Shown here: positions 37,484 to 46,532 of the stretch, in pieces | Numbering within the stretch: position 1 is the first letter of the stretch | How the letters are laid out: each line of letters starts with the position of its first letter | Virus record (IMG/VR): IMGVR_UViG_3300005002_000003 | Reading direction: 5' to 3' (one strand) | DNA length: 64,000 nt | Source: an uncultured virus (IMG/VR IMGVR_UViG_3300005002_000003) | Lineage: Duplodnaviria > Heunggongvirae > Uroviricota > Caudoviricetes | Notes under the pieces: generated by a model | Databases searched by the model: none | What the model was told of the DNA's origin: nothing | Seen by the model: the letters and a program-made list of their open reading frames with translations, nothing else | Made by a program: the position numbers and the translations under genes

Positions 37484-37826
37484 AATCTATGATTCCAACG
37501 ATCAGCCCATTATGCTGATCCTATCTCCTGAAGAGAAGGCGCTGATTCGCGACATGCATCCGCAGGCCACGAAGTTCTGTAGTGCGCCTGACGGACTACC
37601 GGCGGAAGTCATATCGATGTTTATGCGGGAACTCTCCTGCAAACAGATTCTTAAAAGTGAGCTTCAAGTGGCATCGCTGGTATATGGGAAACCATTCCGG
37701 CAGTGCAGAAGAGCAGACCGCAAGAAGATGCTCCGTTATGTTATCAATACGTCGGACGCTCTGCGCAGATATCAGCAAGACATCATCAACAAGCGAATCT
37801 ATGCCGACAGGGAGAACCCGGAATGA
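37461..37826 (+). CDS. Hypothetical protein
   Basis: MRVKIGNKIYDSNDQPIMLIL; operon continuity. Confidence 0.6.
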   Translation: MRVKIGNKIYDSNDQPIMLILSPEEKALIRDMHPQATKFCSAPDGLPAEVISMFMRELSCKQILKSELQVASLVYGKPFRQCRRADRKKMLRYVINTSDALRRYQQDIINKRIYADRENPE

Positions 37827-38248
37827 ATACACCTCTAAATGAAGACGAAATGGTGGACCGTGATTACGACCGCAGGTTGCGGCTCTTCACGGAAAAAGAG
37901 CAAGCCGCACTGGAAGCGCTCAACAGGTATCTGGACCTGTCGCCGCTGTCATTGACCACGAGACTCCGCATCGGGCATGTAATCCTCGAACTGGAGACGG
38001 CCCGCGACCACTGGAAGTTGCGAGCAGAGAGCCTCGGGAAAGATTCCCCGACACCCGCAGACTATTCTCGCCCGAGCCCCTGCAAGCACTGCGGGTGCGA
38101 TGCCCGGTATGACGAAAGTTTCTGGAAGGGCTTACGCATCAAGTGCGCCAACACGTTGTGCGGCGTCTCCACTCCGTATCGCTCTACTGGCTCAGACTGG
38201 AAACAAACCAAACTCGATCTTCTGTTCGTCTGGAACCGCAGTCCATGA
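37823..38248 (+). CDS. Accessory protein with Lar-like zinc domain
   Basis: PCKHCG...IKC...CG...WNR pattern of the Lar family. Confidence 0.6.
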   Translation: MNTPLNEDEMVDRDYDRRLRLFTEKEQAALEALNRYLDLSPLSLTTRLRIGHVILELETARDHWKLRAESLGKDSPTPADYSRPSPCKHCGCDARYDESFWKGLRIKCANTLCGVSTPYRSTGSDWKQTKLDLLFVWNRSP

Positions 38249-38712
38249 CTTACAGTAACATCATCCTGAGTTCTGAGCATCCGACTCTCAGACGACAGGC
38301 CGTAGAGGTAGCGCGGCCCTGGTTCGGTGCGCCGCTCATGCGCCTGGCGACCCACATGATTACAGTCATGCGAAACGCCGGCGGCATTGGTCTCGCGGCG
38401 CCGCAGATCGGCGTACTCCTGCGTGTTGTGGTTGTCGTTCGAGCGGACAAGGCATATGTCTACGTCAATCCCGTGGTCACGCAAATCAGCGGCGAGCTGA
38501 TGGGAAACTGGGAAGCCTGCCTATCGGTTCCCGGCAAGCACGGCTGGGTGAGGCGGCGGGAGACCGTAGACCTCATGTACTACGATGTTCTGGGGGAGCA
38601 CCGCCGTGAAACACTGACGGGTTGGGATGCCACCGTGATCCAGCACGAAATCGACCATCTCGATGGCGTGCTCTACATCGACCGGGCTTCCTCAGTCCGG
38701 GACAACGAGTAG
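38245..38712 (+). CDS. def: Peptide deformylase
   Basis: GIGLAAPQIG, EACLSVP, QHEIDHLDG. Confidence 0.96.
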   Translation: MTYSNIILSSEHPTLRRQAVEVARPWFGAPLMRLATHMITVMRNAGGIGLAAPQIGVLLRVVVVVRADKAYVYVNPVVTQISGELMGNWEACLSVPGKHGWVRRRETVDLMYYDVLGEHRRETLTGWDATVIQHEIDHLDGVLYIDRASSVRDNE

Positions 38713-38735
38713 AGGAAATTTCTTTCTTTTCCTGC

Positions 38736-38763
38736 TTGACAATAACAGGTGGGCCGGTAGTAT
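38736..38763 (+). promoter_or_regulatory. Sigma70-like promoter
   Basis: TTGACA-16 nt-TAGTAT, then AAGGAG SD. Confidence 0.55.
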
Positions 38764-38784
38764 CCCTTACACAAGGAGAACTTT

Positions 38785-39147
38785 ATGCTCATCGGAGTCG
38801 TTACAACAGAACTTTTGACAGCGGACGCCAGACGGGAGATCCGCTCCACTCTGCCCGCAGTTGTGGCCAGACAGCCATTGGATTTCATCGTCATCACCTG
38901 CCAGGCGGACATCGCCCTTGTGGACATGATAGTTGCGTTCCACGGTGCCGATTACAGCGATTACGAAGATCGCATCCTGGAGTTGCGCAAGTCAGTTTTC
39001 ATCATGGGCCCGCGCCCGCCGCGCAGGATGACTCGCAGGGAACAGCGCGAGGCCCAGCAGAGTCTGTTCGACAGCGCGCTTGAAACCGTATCCGTAATCT
39101 CCCCGCAGGTAATGGAGCGTATTCCTGTGCTTCGCCGAGAGTCATGA
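38785..39147 (+). CDS. Hypothetical protein
   Basis: AAGGAG SD. Confidence 0.65.
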   Translation: MLIGVVTTELLTADARREIRSTLPAVVARQPLDFIVITCQADIALVDMIVAFHGADYSDYEDRILELRKSVFIMGPRPPRRMTRREQREAQQSLFDSALETVSVISPQVMERIPVLRRES

Positions 39148-39506
39148 GCAACGACAATAAAGCCTGGAGGCAGAGCGGAGAGTATCTGCCAAAATTCATG
39201 CGGGACTTCCACGACCAGAAGGATTTGTTCAAGACGATACATGAAGCGTATAAAAGTGAAGCCTCGGAGACCTCGATCAACGCTGTCACCTGGGTAGACG
39301 CGCATATCTACACCGTAGACTGCTTTCTCTGGTTCATGGCGAGCCACGGCTATACGCTACAGAAAAGCAGGAAGCGGGTTGCACACTACGACATCGAGGC
39401 ATCTCTGAGAGATGCGCGGAATATCAGAGACCAGAGATTCGCAGAGGCCTTTTCCACGATGATGAAGAGAGAGAGAACCCGAAATGAAACAGTATGTTGC
39501 GTTTGA
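39144..39506 (+). CDS. Conserved phage hypothetical protein
   Basis: YLPKFMRDFHDQKDLFK...HIYTVDCFLWFMA motif. Confidence 0.7.
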   Translation: MSNDNKAWRQSGEYLPKFMRDFHDQKDLFKTIHEAYKSEASETSINAVTWVDAHIYTVDCFLWFMASHGYTLQKSRKRVAHYDIEASLRDARNIRDQRFAEAFSTMMKRERTRNETVCCV

Positions 39507-39687
39507 GAAGCAAGAGTTTGTGGAGTGGTCTCGCAGGCTTCGTGCTGAAGTGTCGTGGATGTTGAAAGAGCAGATCATGCGGGACAACAATTGGACTCAA
39601 GATCAAGCTATAGACGCGGCATTTTGGAAGTTGATGACTGAGACAGGGATAGATTGTGTCCGTGCGAAGGAGCATCCTTCGAAATGA
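39484..39687 (+). CDS. Small hypothetical protein
   Basis: Operon continuity. Confidence 0.5.
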   Translation: MKQYVAFEKQEFVEWSRRLRAEVSWMLKEQIMRDNNWTQDQAIDAAFWKLMTETGIDCVRAKEHPSK

Positions 39688-40667
39688 AGGAACGACCAAT
39701 CTTATTCTCCGGGCCGATGGTCCGCGCAATTCTCGAAGGACGCAAGACGCAGACGCGGCGGATCGCAGATGATGGCTATTTCAATGACGAGGTAGACAGG
39801 TTTAATCACGGTCTGGGCTCACGCATCGTCTGCCCTTACGGCCAGCAAGGCGATCGTCTGATCCCAGCGATGGTCTTAACCGGTTACGATGCTAAGTATG
39901 CGGCAGATATTAAAGGACGATTGTGGTCGCAATCTACAGGCATTTGGAAACCAATAAAATCACATATCTCGAACTCTGGGTATGAGCGAACTACTCTTCG
40001 AAAAGGTGGCGCAGACGTAAACGTAAGTGTCCATGTTGTTGTATGTGAGGCATGGTATGGACCAGCACCAAAGTCAATAGTTAAGCCATGCGTTCGCCAT
40101 CTGAGTGGGGACAGGCTGGACAACGCCCCGGAAAACCTTGACTGGGGTAATTACGAAAGCAATTGGTTGGACAGAAAAGCCCATGGGCGAGGAATCCATG
40201 AAGACCATCATAATGCTAAATGCACCATGCAAAAGGCTGAAGAAATGCGGGTGTCCGGTAAAAGCGCATGGACTCTCTCGAAAGAATATAATCTATCACC
40301 CAAGACGATAGCCCGCATACTGAAGAATGAGACATGGATTCCTTTCGATAATAGAATAGATTGTTCGCCTCGCTGGGCATCCCGCATAACGTTAGAAATC
40401 ACTGACGTAAGAATGGAGCGCTTGCAGGACATCAGCGAAAAAGATGCATTAGCTGAAGGTCTGGTGTCCTGGCCGTGGCAGGACGGTCTGGCTTATGGAT
40501 TTGCTGGCGGCGCACCGCATGGGTATGCGACAGCTACCGGAGCCTTTCGTGCGCTGTGGGATTCAATCAACAAAGATCGCGCATCATGGGAATCAAACCC
40601 GTGGGTCTGGGTTGTGGAATTTATCCCAGTAGGAGGACTGTATGAAGATCCAAACAGACAAGAATGA
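39684..40667 (+). CDS. ASCH/PUA-like phage protein with in-frame HNH endonuclease insertion
   Basis: MKERPILFSGPMVRAILEGRKTQTRR...CPYG..GDRL and PRWASRITLEI...ISEKDALAEG...NPWVWVVEF flank an HNH region. Confidence 0.85.
   Translation: MKERPILFSGPMVRAILEGRKTQTRRIADDGYFNDEVDRFNHGLGSRIVCPYGQQGDRLIPAMVLTGYDAKYAADIKGRLWSQSTGIWKPIKSHISNSGYERTTLRKGGADVNVSVHVVVCEAWYGPAPKSIVKPCVRHLSGDRLDNAPENLDWGNYESNWLDRKAHGRGIHEDHHNAKCTMQKAEEMRVSGKSAWTLSKEYNLSPKTIARILKNETWIPFDNRIDCSPRWASRITLEITDVRMERLQDISEKDALAEGLVSWPWQDGLAYGFAGGAPHGYATATGAFRALWDSINKDRASWESNPWVWVVEFIPVGGLYEDPNRQE
39861..40367 (+). mobile_element. HNH endonuclease module inserted in frame (approximate limits)
   Basis: VHVVVCEAW...VRHLSGDRLDNAPENLDWG...EN; AT-richer than the flanks. 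Confidence 0.7.
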
Positions 40668-40815
40668 TCGAGTGCTGAATGCAAAACTGTGTCCGTTCTG
40701 CGGTAAACGACCTTACCGCTGGGACACCTGGGATGAGACTGTCAAGTGTTGCACCAAGGGATGCCCGGCTTCAGGGGTTCCGGTTACGATGAGAAGGTGG
40801 GAGGCCCGTAAATGA
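40642..40815 (+). CDS. 57 aa Lar-like zinc protein (below the ORF track cutoff)
   Basis: AGGAGG SD; LCPFCG...KCCTKGC...WEAR. Confidence 0.65.
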   Translation: MKIQTDKNDRVLNAKLCPFCGKRPYRWDTWDETVKCCTKGCPASGVPVTMRRWEARK

Positions 40816-41069
40816 CTTTGATGCTGGCGCAAGGATCTGGAGAAATGATAGAACTCGATTTCATGGTGGTCCCCGAAGAACTTTCCCGCCGTGCAGTAGT
40901 TCGCGACCCCCTGCGGATACGCATTACCGACCCGGAAGCGATATTTCTGACCGGCATCCTGGGAGAATCAGGTAGGAAGCTGGTTGCGGCTGGAGTGGAG
41001 TTTTATTTCACGCGAACTCTTGCAGAGAAATTGATAGCAATGGGCGTGGCAGAGGAGATCCGTAAATGA
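40812..41069 (+). CDS. Hypothetical protein
   Basis: ATGA-coupled. Confidence 0.55.
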   Translation: MTLMLAQGSGEMIELDFMVVPEELSRRAVVRDPLRIRITDPEAIFLTGILGESGRKLVAAGVEFYFTRTLAEKLIAMGVAEEIRK

Positions 41070-41404
41070 AGGTCGAGATGATGGATTTTCTATCAAAGCT
41101 ATACGGAAAAATGTCCGCTCTACCGGCGGACCCCAACGTGCTCAATGACTTGCTTCTGGAGTTTGTCTCTGGACTCACGACCGCAGATCAACTTCAGATG
41201 TTCAGCGCAGATCACTCGTGGATTTGGGACAAAGTCGTAATCCGTCACTCCAGCAATCCGTTATTCCGACAACCCGCCATTCTGCTGGCCTATTTCGCGG
41301 CCAAAAATCTCAGTCGAGATGATTTCAGGGATCTCTGGCCGTTGTCGGAAGCGGAGTATCAGATTATCTTCTCAGACCTTGGAATCTCGACAGCGCATTT
41401 ATGA
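41066..41404 (+). CDS. Hypothetical protein
   Basis: GAGGAG SD, ATGA-coupled. Confidence 0.6.
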   Translation: MKVEMMDFLSKLYGKMSALPADPNVLNDLLLEFVSGLTTADQLQMFSADHSWIWDKVVIRHSSNPLFRQPAILLAYFAAKNLSRDDFRDLWPLSEAEYQIIFSDLGISTAHL

Positions 41405-41435
41405 TGGTAGTAATGGGAGGACGAGAGGCTCACAC

Positions 41436-41621
41436 ATGAAGATCAATGGGAAGAACTACAGAAAAGTTTTGGATAACATAGCGAAGCAGATCGCAGATGG
41501 GGACAACGATCGCAGACAGTGCTGGTTCGAGAGCCTTAACGATATACTGGACGATATGTTAAATAACGATTTTTTCGGAACAGAGGGACAGAATGACCCC
41601 CGGGGAGATCATAGAAGATGA
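41436..41621 (+). CDS. Small conserved phage protein
   Basis: DFFGTEGQNDPRGD motif, GAGG SD. Confidence 0.6.
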   Translation: MKINGKNYRKVLDNIAKQIADGDNDRRQCWFESLNDILDDMLNNDFFGTEGQNDPRGDHRR

Positions 41622-41941
41622 CAAAACGTGAGAAGGAAATCCGAGAAGCCCACGCGCATCATCAAGAGCACGGCTTACGCTCTCATGCCGCTCATTGGGA
41701 CATTCACTTACACCGAGGAGAACTGCTGGCCGCGCTGGATGCCGAACGCGACAAATTGAGGTGGCGAGACTGCGAGACCGAGCCTCCGACTGCCAACATG
41801 ATCTGTGTAACCGTTCTGGTGCGCGTGGGCAAAACCTCCGGCGGATGGTATGAGCCCTTTACAGCCGATTACGATGGAGTTCAGTGGACAGACGTCGAGG
41901 GCTGGAGACACTACCCATCACAGTGGAGGCCGATAGAGTGA
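41618..41941 (+). CDS. DUF551-like accessory protein
   Basis: WRDCETEPP...PSQWRPI. Confidence 0.55.
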   Translation: MTKREKEIREAHAHHQEHGLRSHAAHWDIHLHRGELLAALDAERDKLRWRDCETEPPTANMICVTVLVRVGKTSGGWYEPFTADYDGVQWTDVEGWRHYPSQWRPIE

Positions 41942-42255
41942 TTGTCAGACACGAGAGAGGTGACGTGGAGGTCTGCGATGTGCATTGCCTGCATCGCAGT
42001 TGTCTGCATGTCCATCAAGACAAAGGTTCGTATTCTCCTGGTCGCGGCTATACGAGCTACCACAAGAGTCTCAGACTTGTTTGCATGACGAGAGAGGCTC
42101 GGGGCTGTCCGAATCCATTACCGAAGCCCTTGTGTTGTCACAAGCCCGATTTTCATAAAATCAAGCCCGGTGAATTCTATAAGACTTGCAGGAATTGCCG
42201 CACGCGAGTCAAAACCTCCACGGCGTTACTGATGCTCGGGACTAACACTCCATGA
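41938..42255 (+). CDS. Cys/His-rich hypothetical protein
   Basis: GTGA-coupled start, GGAGG SD, many Cys. Confidence 0.5.
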   Translation: MIVRHERGDVEVCDVHCLHRSCLHVHQDKGSYSPGRGYTSYHKSLRLVCMTREARGCPNPLPKPLCCHKPDFHKIKPGEFYKTCRNCRTRVKTSTALLMLGTNTP

Positions 42256-42665
42256 CGGCAGAAGAAACACACTACCCGGGCTACAGCGATGCGCTTCAGC
42301 ATCTCAACTCCATGACCACGGAGCAATTACTGACGGACGTCATCGACCAGCTTCAAGGCCGCAAGGGAGTAGACACCACTGACGACGAGGCAGTGAGACG
42401 TGAGGCTCTGCGGCAGTTTGAGATCGAATGGCGGTCACCAGAGGTCAGGGAGATCCTGGGGCCCGACACCAGCCTGAAGGATGTATTGAATCTCAGGCGC
42501 GGCCTGAAGTCCGTAGTGGAGCGCTGGTTGACGTCTGATGCCGGCGTGCAAGAGCTTCTGGAAGACGGCGTGCAGGTGTCGGCGAGCATTGGAGCCGTGC
42601 CGGAAAACAGCGGCGGCGTGGTAAGGATCACTACCGCGAAGAAAAAGAAGAAAAAGAAGAAGTGA
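42252..42665 (+). CDS. Hypothetical protein with poly-Lys tail
   Basis: CTAA-N6-ATG; ends AKKKKKKKK. Confidence 0.6.
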   Translation: MTAEETHYPGYSDALQHLNSMTTEQLLTDVIDQLQGRKGVDTTDDEAVRREALRQFEIEWRSPEVREILGPDTSLKDVLNLRRGLKSVVERWLTSDAGVQELLEDGVQVSASIGAVPENSGGVVRITTAKKKKKKKK

Positions 42666-42697
42666 TTTCAACGCCCCGGCGTCACTAATCCCAGTAT

Positions 42698-43441
42698 ATG
42701 AAACCTGTTCTTACTACCTGGATATCTCTGTTTGCTGGCGGCAAGCTGTCGGAGAACCTCAGCTTCTACAAAGAAGCCGGAGTCGGTTCTTACACCGTAG
42801 ACGGCAAAGACAAAGCCGGCACGGGCGCCGACGCCTCAAACTTCGGCAAGAAGGGTTCGGCGGAAAAACGTGCCGTTACTGGCGCCACGGTCCAGACCCG
42901 AGCAAAAACCGGTAACCGCAGTCCGCGCCCCGGTGTGAAACTCAAGCCCCATAAATACCAGTCCGCCATGGCGACAAAGGTTCGCAACTATCCCGGCATG
43001 CCGGGCATGAAGCACCAGGGCGAGCTTCCCATGATTGAAGCCGCAGGCAAGCGCTACGTTCTGGTGGAGCAACACGCTGAGGACTTTGACCTCGATCAGC
43101 AGGATGACTTTCTTTCCGACGACCAGGACATCGGAGTGGGCATGGAGTCCGAGACCGGAGACCTTGCTCCCGAAGGACAGGAAGGCGAGCCCGGCGCAGA
43201 AGGCGAAGAAGGCGAAGAAGACGCCGAGCAGGAAAGCCAGCGCGTAGAGGCAATTGAATTCTTGAAGTCCCTGAGCGATGAAGAGCGCAAAGCACTTCTC
43301 GACGAAGTCGAAGAAGAGTCCAAGGAAGGCGAAGAAGAGGAAGAGTCTGAAGAAGGCGACGAATCCGAAGGCGAAGAGGAGTCTGAAGACGAAGAGGAAG
43401 AAGGCGACGAAGAATCCGGAGACGAAGGAGAGCAGGAATGA
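42698..43441 (+). CDS. Highly acidic late protein (scaffold/internal head protein candidate)
   Basis: Basic N-terminal half, Glu-rich C-terminal half; CTAA-N9-ATG. Confidence 0.7.
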   Translation: MKPVLTTWISLFAGGKLSENLSFYKEAGVGSYTVDGKDKAGTGADASNFGKKGSAEKRAVTGATVQTRAKTGNRSPRPGVKLKPHKYQSAMATKVRNYPGMPGMKHQGELPMIEAAGKRYVLVEQHAEDFDLDQQDDFLSDDQDIGVGMESETGDLAPEGQEGEPGAEGEEGEEDAEQESQRVEAIEFLKSLSDEERKALLDEVEEESKEGEEEEESEEGDESEGEEESEDEEEEGDEESGDEGEQE

Positions 43442-43857
43442 GAGTTCATCAAAGACGTCACGTAAAACCATCTGGATCAGCACCGCGTAAGCCCCAGGCA
43501 AACGCACCAGCGGCGAAGGTCAAGGAAAACGATCAGAGCTACAACGGCTGGAAAAATTACGAAACCTGGGTCATGGCCATGGAGGTAGGTGGCAACTACG
43601 ACGGCCGTGAGACGTATGAATTCTGGCTGGAAGAAGCTCGCGCGGTTCTCGCTAACATGGATGACCCCGCACACGAAGGCAGAGAAGCAGAAGGCGTGCT
43701 TGCCGATCAGCTGAAGTCACACTACGACACAGACGCTGAGTTGCCGGAACTTCCAGGCGTCTATCAGGATCTGATGAATGCCGGTCTCAGCCAGGTTGAC
43801 TGGTATGAAGTCGCGCGCAGTATTCTGGAGGACGTCTCCCAGGAAGAAGGAGCGTAA
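43438..43857 (+). CDS. Conserved phage domain protein
   Basis: YNGWKNYETW...LSQVDWYEVA motif. Confidence 0.7.
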   Translation: MRVHQRRHVKPSGSAPRKPQANAPAAKVKENDQSYNGWKNYETWVMAMEVGGNYDGRETYEFWLEEARAVLANMDDPAHEGREAEGVLADQLKSHYDTDAELPELPGVYQDLMNAGLSQVDWYEVARSILEDVSQEEGA

Positions 43858-43879
43858 GCGCTTTTTTTCTTACTTTCGC

Positions 43880-43912
43880 AAAAAGCCGCGTCCCACAAGG
43901 CGCGGCTTTTTT
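43880..43912. terminator. Bidirectional intrinsic terminator between convergent genes
   Basis: AAAAAGCCGCG-loop-CGCGGCTTTTTT. Confidence 0.85.
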
Positions 43913-43915
43913 ATT

Positions 43916-44497
43916 TCACAGCAGGCCGGCGCGGATCTTCCTGACGTAGACTTCAATTGCCTGGCGTATGGATTTCTCCATCCTGCCGTGGTAGGGCACC
44001 AGAACGCCTTGCTTTGCCACGAGGTGCTTGGCAAAGAAGCTCGCTGACACCGGACCCACCTGGAGGTACACGGGAATTGCGGCACCGCGTTCGTCTATAA
44101 AGTGATCCACCAGCAGATCACCTTCCCCCAGGCTCACGGGGTTCTCCAGGTATTGACCCGAGATCCGCAGAAGGAATTCGATGGGCTTCTCCGGGTCTTT
44201 CACATTCAGGCGCGGACTGGTTTTCCCCGGGGCTTTTCCGAAGGCTTCGATCTTATCGTAGCCGTTGTAGTTGATGATGATGTTGTCGATGATTGCGGCG
44301 CCCACTGCGCGCTCATCGGCGTCGCCAAAGACATCGCGCTTGCCGTGTTCCGATGAGTTGCCTGCCCAGGCGTCTACTGTTTCTTTCTTGATGCGCACCA
44401 CACAGGTTTCGGTTCCCGTGAGGTCGATCTCAAAGTCGCCCATGGTGCGGATAGCCGGTGCCAGGTAGGCGGAGAGTTTGTCCAGAGCTGACTTCAT
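43916..44497 (-). CDS. Hypothetical late protein
   Basis: ATGA-coupled; ends at the terminator. Confidence 0.7.
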   Translation of the reverse strand: MKSALDKLSAYLAPAIRTMGDFEIDLTGTETCVVRIKKETVDAWAGNSSEHGKRDVFGDADERAVGAAIIDNIIINYNGYDKIEAFGKAPGKTSPRLNVKDPEKPIEFLLRISGQYLENPVSLGEGDLLVDHFIDERGAAIPVYLQVGPVSASFFAKHLVAKQGVLVPYHGRMEKSIRQAIEVYVRKIRAGLL

Positions 44498-44775
44498 GTC
44501 GTTCTGATCACCCGCAGGATGAGGTCATTGCCTTCGCGAACATCGGCGCTGTTGTCTGTCGGCCTTGTCATCTGGATCTCTTCATCACTGCTGTCGAGAA
44601 TGCTGTTGCTTTGCAGAATGCCGCGCAGACTGTCGTCGTTCTCAAAATCCGCGCGTGTCATGGTAATGGCTCGCTTCTTGTTTCTGCGGATGTCAAGAAC
44701 CTGTGTGCTGATGACGTCCTGCCCCTGGCGGCTGTCGTATTCATAGAGAGGTGAGTGGATTCGCACAGTTGACAT
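44494..44775 (-). CDS. Hypothetical late protein (start MSTVRIH)
   Basis: CTAA-N5-ATG; avoids overlap with the upstream gene. Confidence 0.6.
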   Translation of the reverse strand: MSTVRIHSPLYEYDSRQGQDVISTQVLDIRRNKKRAITMTRADFENDDSLRGILQSNSILDSSDEEIQMTRPTDNSADVREGNDLILRVIRTT

Positions 44776-44788
44776 GCTTGTTAGTCCG

Positions 44789-45907
44789 CTACGGTGCCGT
44801 GCTGAAGCCAACGACAATACTGTCTGCAACCGGCCTGCCCCAGTAGTTCGTCGTGCCCTTCTTGTTGCCGGAGGGCCCGGGGAACGTGAAGGTGTAGGTG
44901 GTGCTGGCGAGGAGATTTTCCTGCGGCACGTAGGACAGCGTGAGGTGGTCATCACTGTAGCTCACATCGGCTTCGATAGCAGGGCTCACGGTGGCGATTT
45001 TCACAAGTGCCGCCATGTCCATGGGCTGGCTGAAGACAAAGTCGATGCTCGCGGGGTTCACAACAACAGCTGTGGCGCCGTTCGCCGGATTGGAACTTGT
45101 GAGCACGGGTTGCTGGGAGTCGATCGTTGTGCTGAACGTCAGCAGATCCGCCGCACCGGTGTGCATTTCCCAGAGGTTCAACATGATGTCGTTGATCGTT
45201 TGATCTGCCAGGTAGGCGCCGAAGTTCAGATCGTAGAAGCGTATCTTGATGTCATGCTTGACGTCCCAGATTTTGTTCTTCGTTAGATACGCCTGGAAGT
45301 CGTAGGCATAGTCTCCCTGGGAGATTTCGATGCTGATGTCGATAGGAAATTTCGACAGCCGTTTGGCCTGCTTCTGCGGGCTCACGGCATCGAGTTCTTT
45401 ATTGAACACAATTGGCACATCGAGTCTTGTCAGCACGGAGTTGCTGAAGCGCAGTGCGTTGATAGCCGTGTGGTAATCGGCTTCGCGCGCGAAGAACGTC
45501 ACCATGGGAAACGTGATGGTTCGGTGGATTGCGCCGCCATAGCGGCCGATCTCGTCAATCCATACCGTGCCGCTCTGCGCCAGCCAGTTCTTGATCTCAC
45601 CGTCTTGCTCTTCCGCCACACTGTAGGCCGTGAAGGGGAAGACGTCGTTTTGCATGAAGTTGTCGAACTGTGCTACGGCAGTTTGTATGGGGTCCAGCGC
45701 GTTGGCCTCCACGCTTCTTCTCATATGGAAGTCATTGCCGCCCTGCATGGACGACGCCATGACGCGCTTGTTGGCCCGGCAGTCGGGATTGCTGGGGTCG
45801 TATTCAGATGGATACAGCACTTCGGCCACGAACAGCAACACGCGGTAAAGCACGAGTTTTACGATCTGAGGAGTCTGGTCGGAATCCGGGTAGTATCTTT
45901 CAGCCAC
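44789..45907 (-). CDS. Probable virion protein with C-terminal Ig-like (Big_5) domain
   Basis: PVLTSSNPANGAT...FVFSQPMD...LLASTTYT; CTAA-N6-GTG. Confidence 0.75.
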   Translation of the reverse strand: MAERYYPDSDQTPQIVKLVLYRVLLFVAEVLYPSEYDPSNPDCRANKRVMASSMQGGNDFHMRRSVEANALDPIQTAVAQFDNFMQNDVFPFTAYSVAEEQDGEIKNWLAQSGTVWIDEIGRYGGAIHRTITFPMVTFFAREADYHTAINALRFSNSVLTRLDVPIVFNKELDAVSPQKQAKRLSKFPIDISIEISQGDYAYDFQAYLTKNKIWDVKHDIKIRFYDLNFGAYLADQTINDIMLNLWEMHTGAADLLTFSTTIDSQQPVLTSSNPANGATAVVVNPASIDFVFSQPMDMAALVKIATVSPAIEADVSYSDDHLTLSYVPQENLLASTTYTFTFPGPSGNKKGTTNYWGRPVADSIVVGFSTAP

Positions 45908-45983
45908 AGCGTGTTAGTCCCGGCAGATACCGGCTTCAAAAACCGATTGCCAGAGCGGATTATGGCGCCAGAACTGACGGCCA

Positions 45984-46526
45984 GTGCGGAAGAAAATCTC
46001 AACTCCTGAGCTTGAGCTGGCCGTCGTTGGCCTCATAGGTTACCGTCGTCAGACCATCGTACCCAACGTCTCCTGGGGACTGGGCTTTCGGCACGAGTGT
46101 GATCTCGTGGTGCTGAATCCCGACAGCGGCTACCTTGCGGAGATCGAACTCAAGATCAGCGTTGCGGACTTCCGCGCCGACCTGAAGAAAAACCACAGCC
46201 ACGACAGCATCTATCTCCGCAAGTTGTCGTATGCCATGCCGGAAGACGTAATGGAGAAAGTCCGCGCTGATGTCCCGGAGCGGGCCGGCATCATCTCTGT
46301 GAAAAGAGATTTTCGCGGCATATGCGTCGCGCGCTGGGAGCGCCAGGCAAAGCTGAACCGCAACGCAGTGCCACTGCCTGCGGATATGAAGGCGCATCTC
46401 TACCATCTGGCGGCCATGCGCATCTGGAGCCTGAAGGCGCATCTCAACAACCAGCGATTCTCGGCTTTGCGCGAGGAGTTACAGGAGTTGCGGCGACACT
46501 ACGCCCAGAGTCAGCCTGAGCCCTAA
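45984..46526 (+). CDS. MmcB-like PD-(D/E)xK nuclease
   Basis: HECDLVVL...EIELKISVADFRAD..K...YAMP...GII. Confidence 0.75.
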   Translation: MRKKISTPELELAVVGLIGYRRQTIVPNVSWGLGFRHECDLVVLNPDSGYLAEIELKISVADFRADLKKNHSHDSIYLRKLSYAMPEDVMEKVRADVPERAGIISVKRDFRGICVARWERQAKLNRNAVPLPADMKAHLYHLAAMRIWSLKAHLNNQRFSALREELQELRRHYAQSQPEP

Positions 46527-46532
46527 GACCAG

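Noticed and set aside
39861..40367. Intein or group I intron
   Set aside because: No intein splice-junction residues and no non-coding structured flanks; the frame is continuous
43180..43440. Tandem repeat or CRISPR-like array
   Set aside because: The GAAGAA/GAAGGC periodicity is explained by the Glu-rich coding sequence; no constant repeat with unique spacers was seen anywhere in the window
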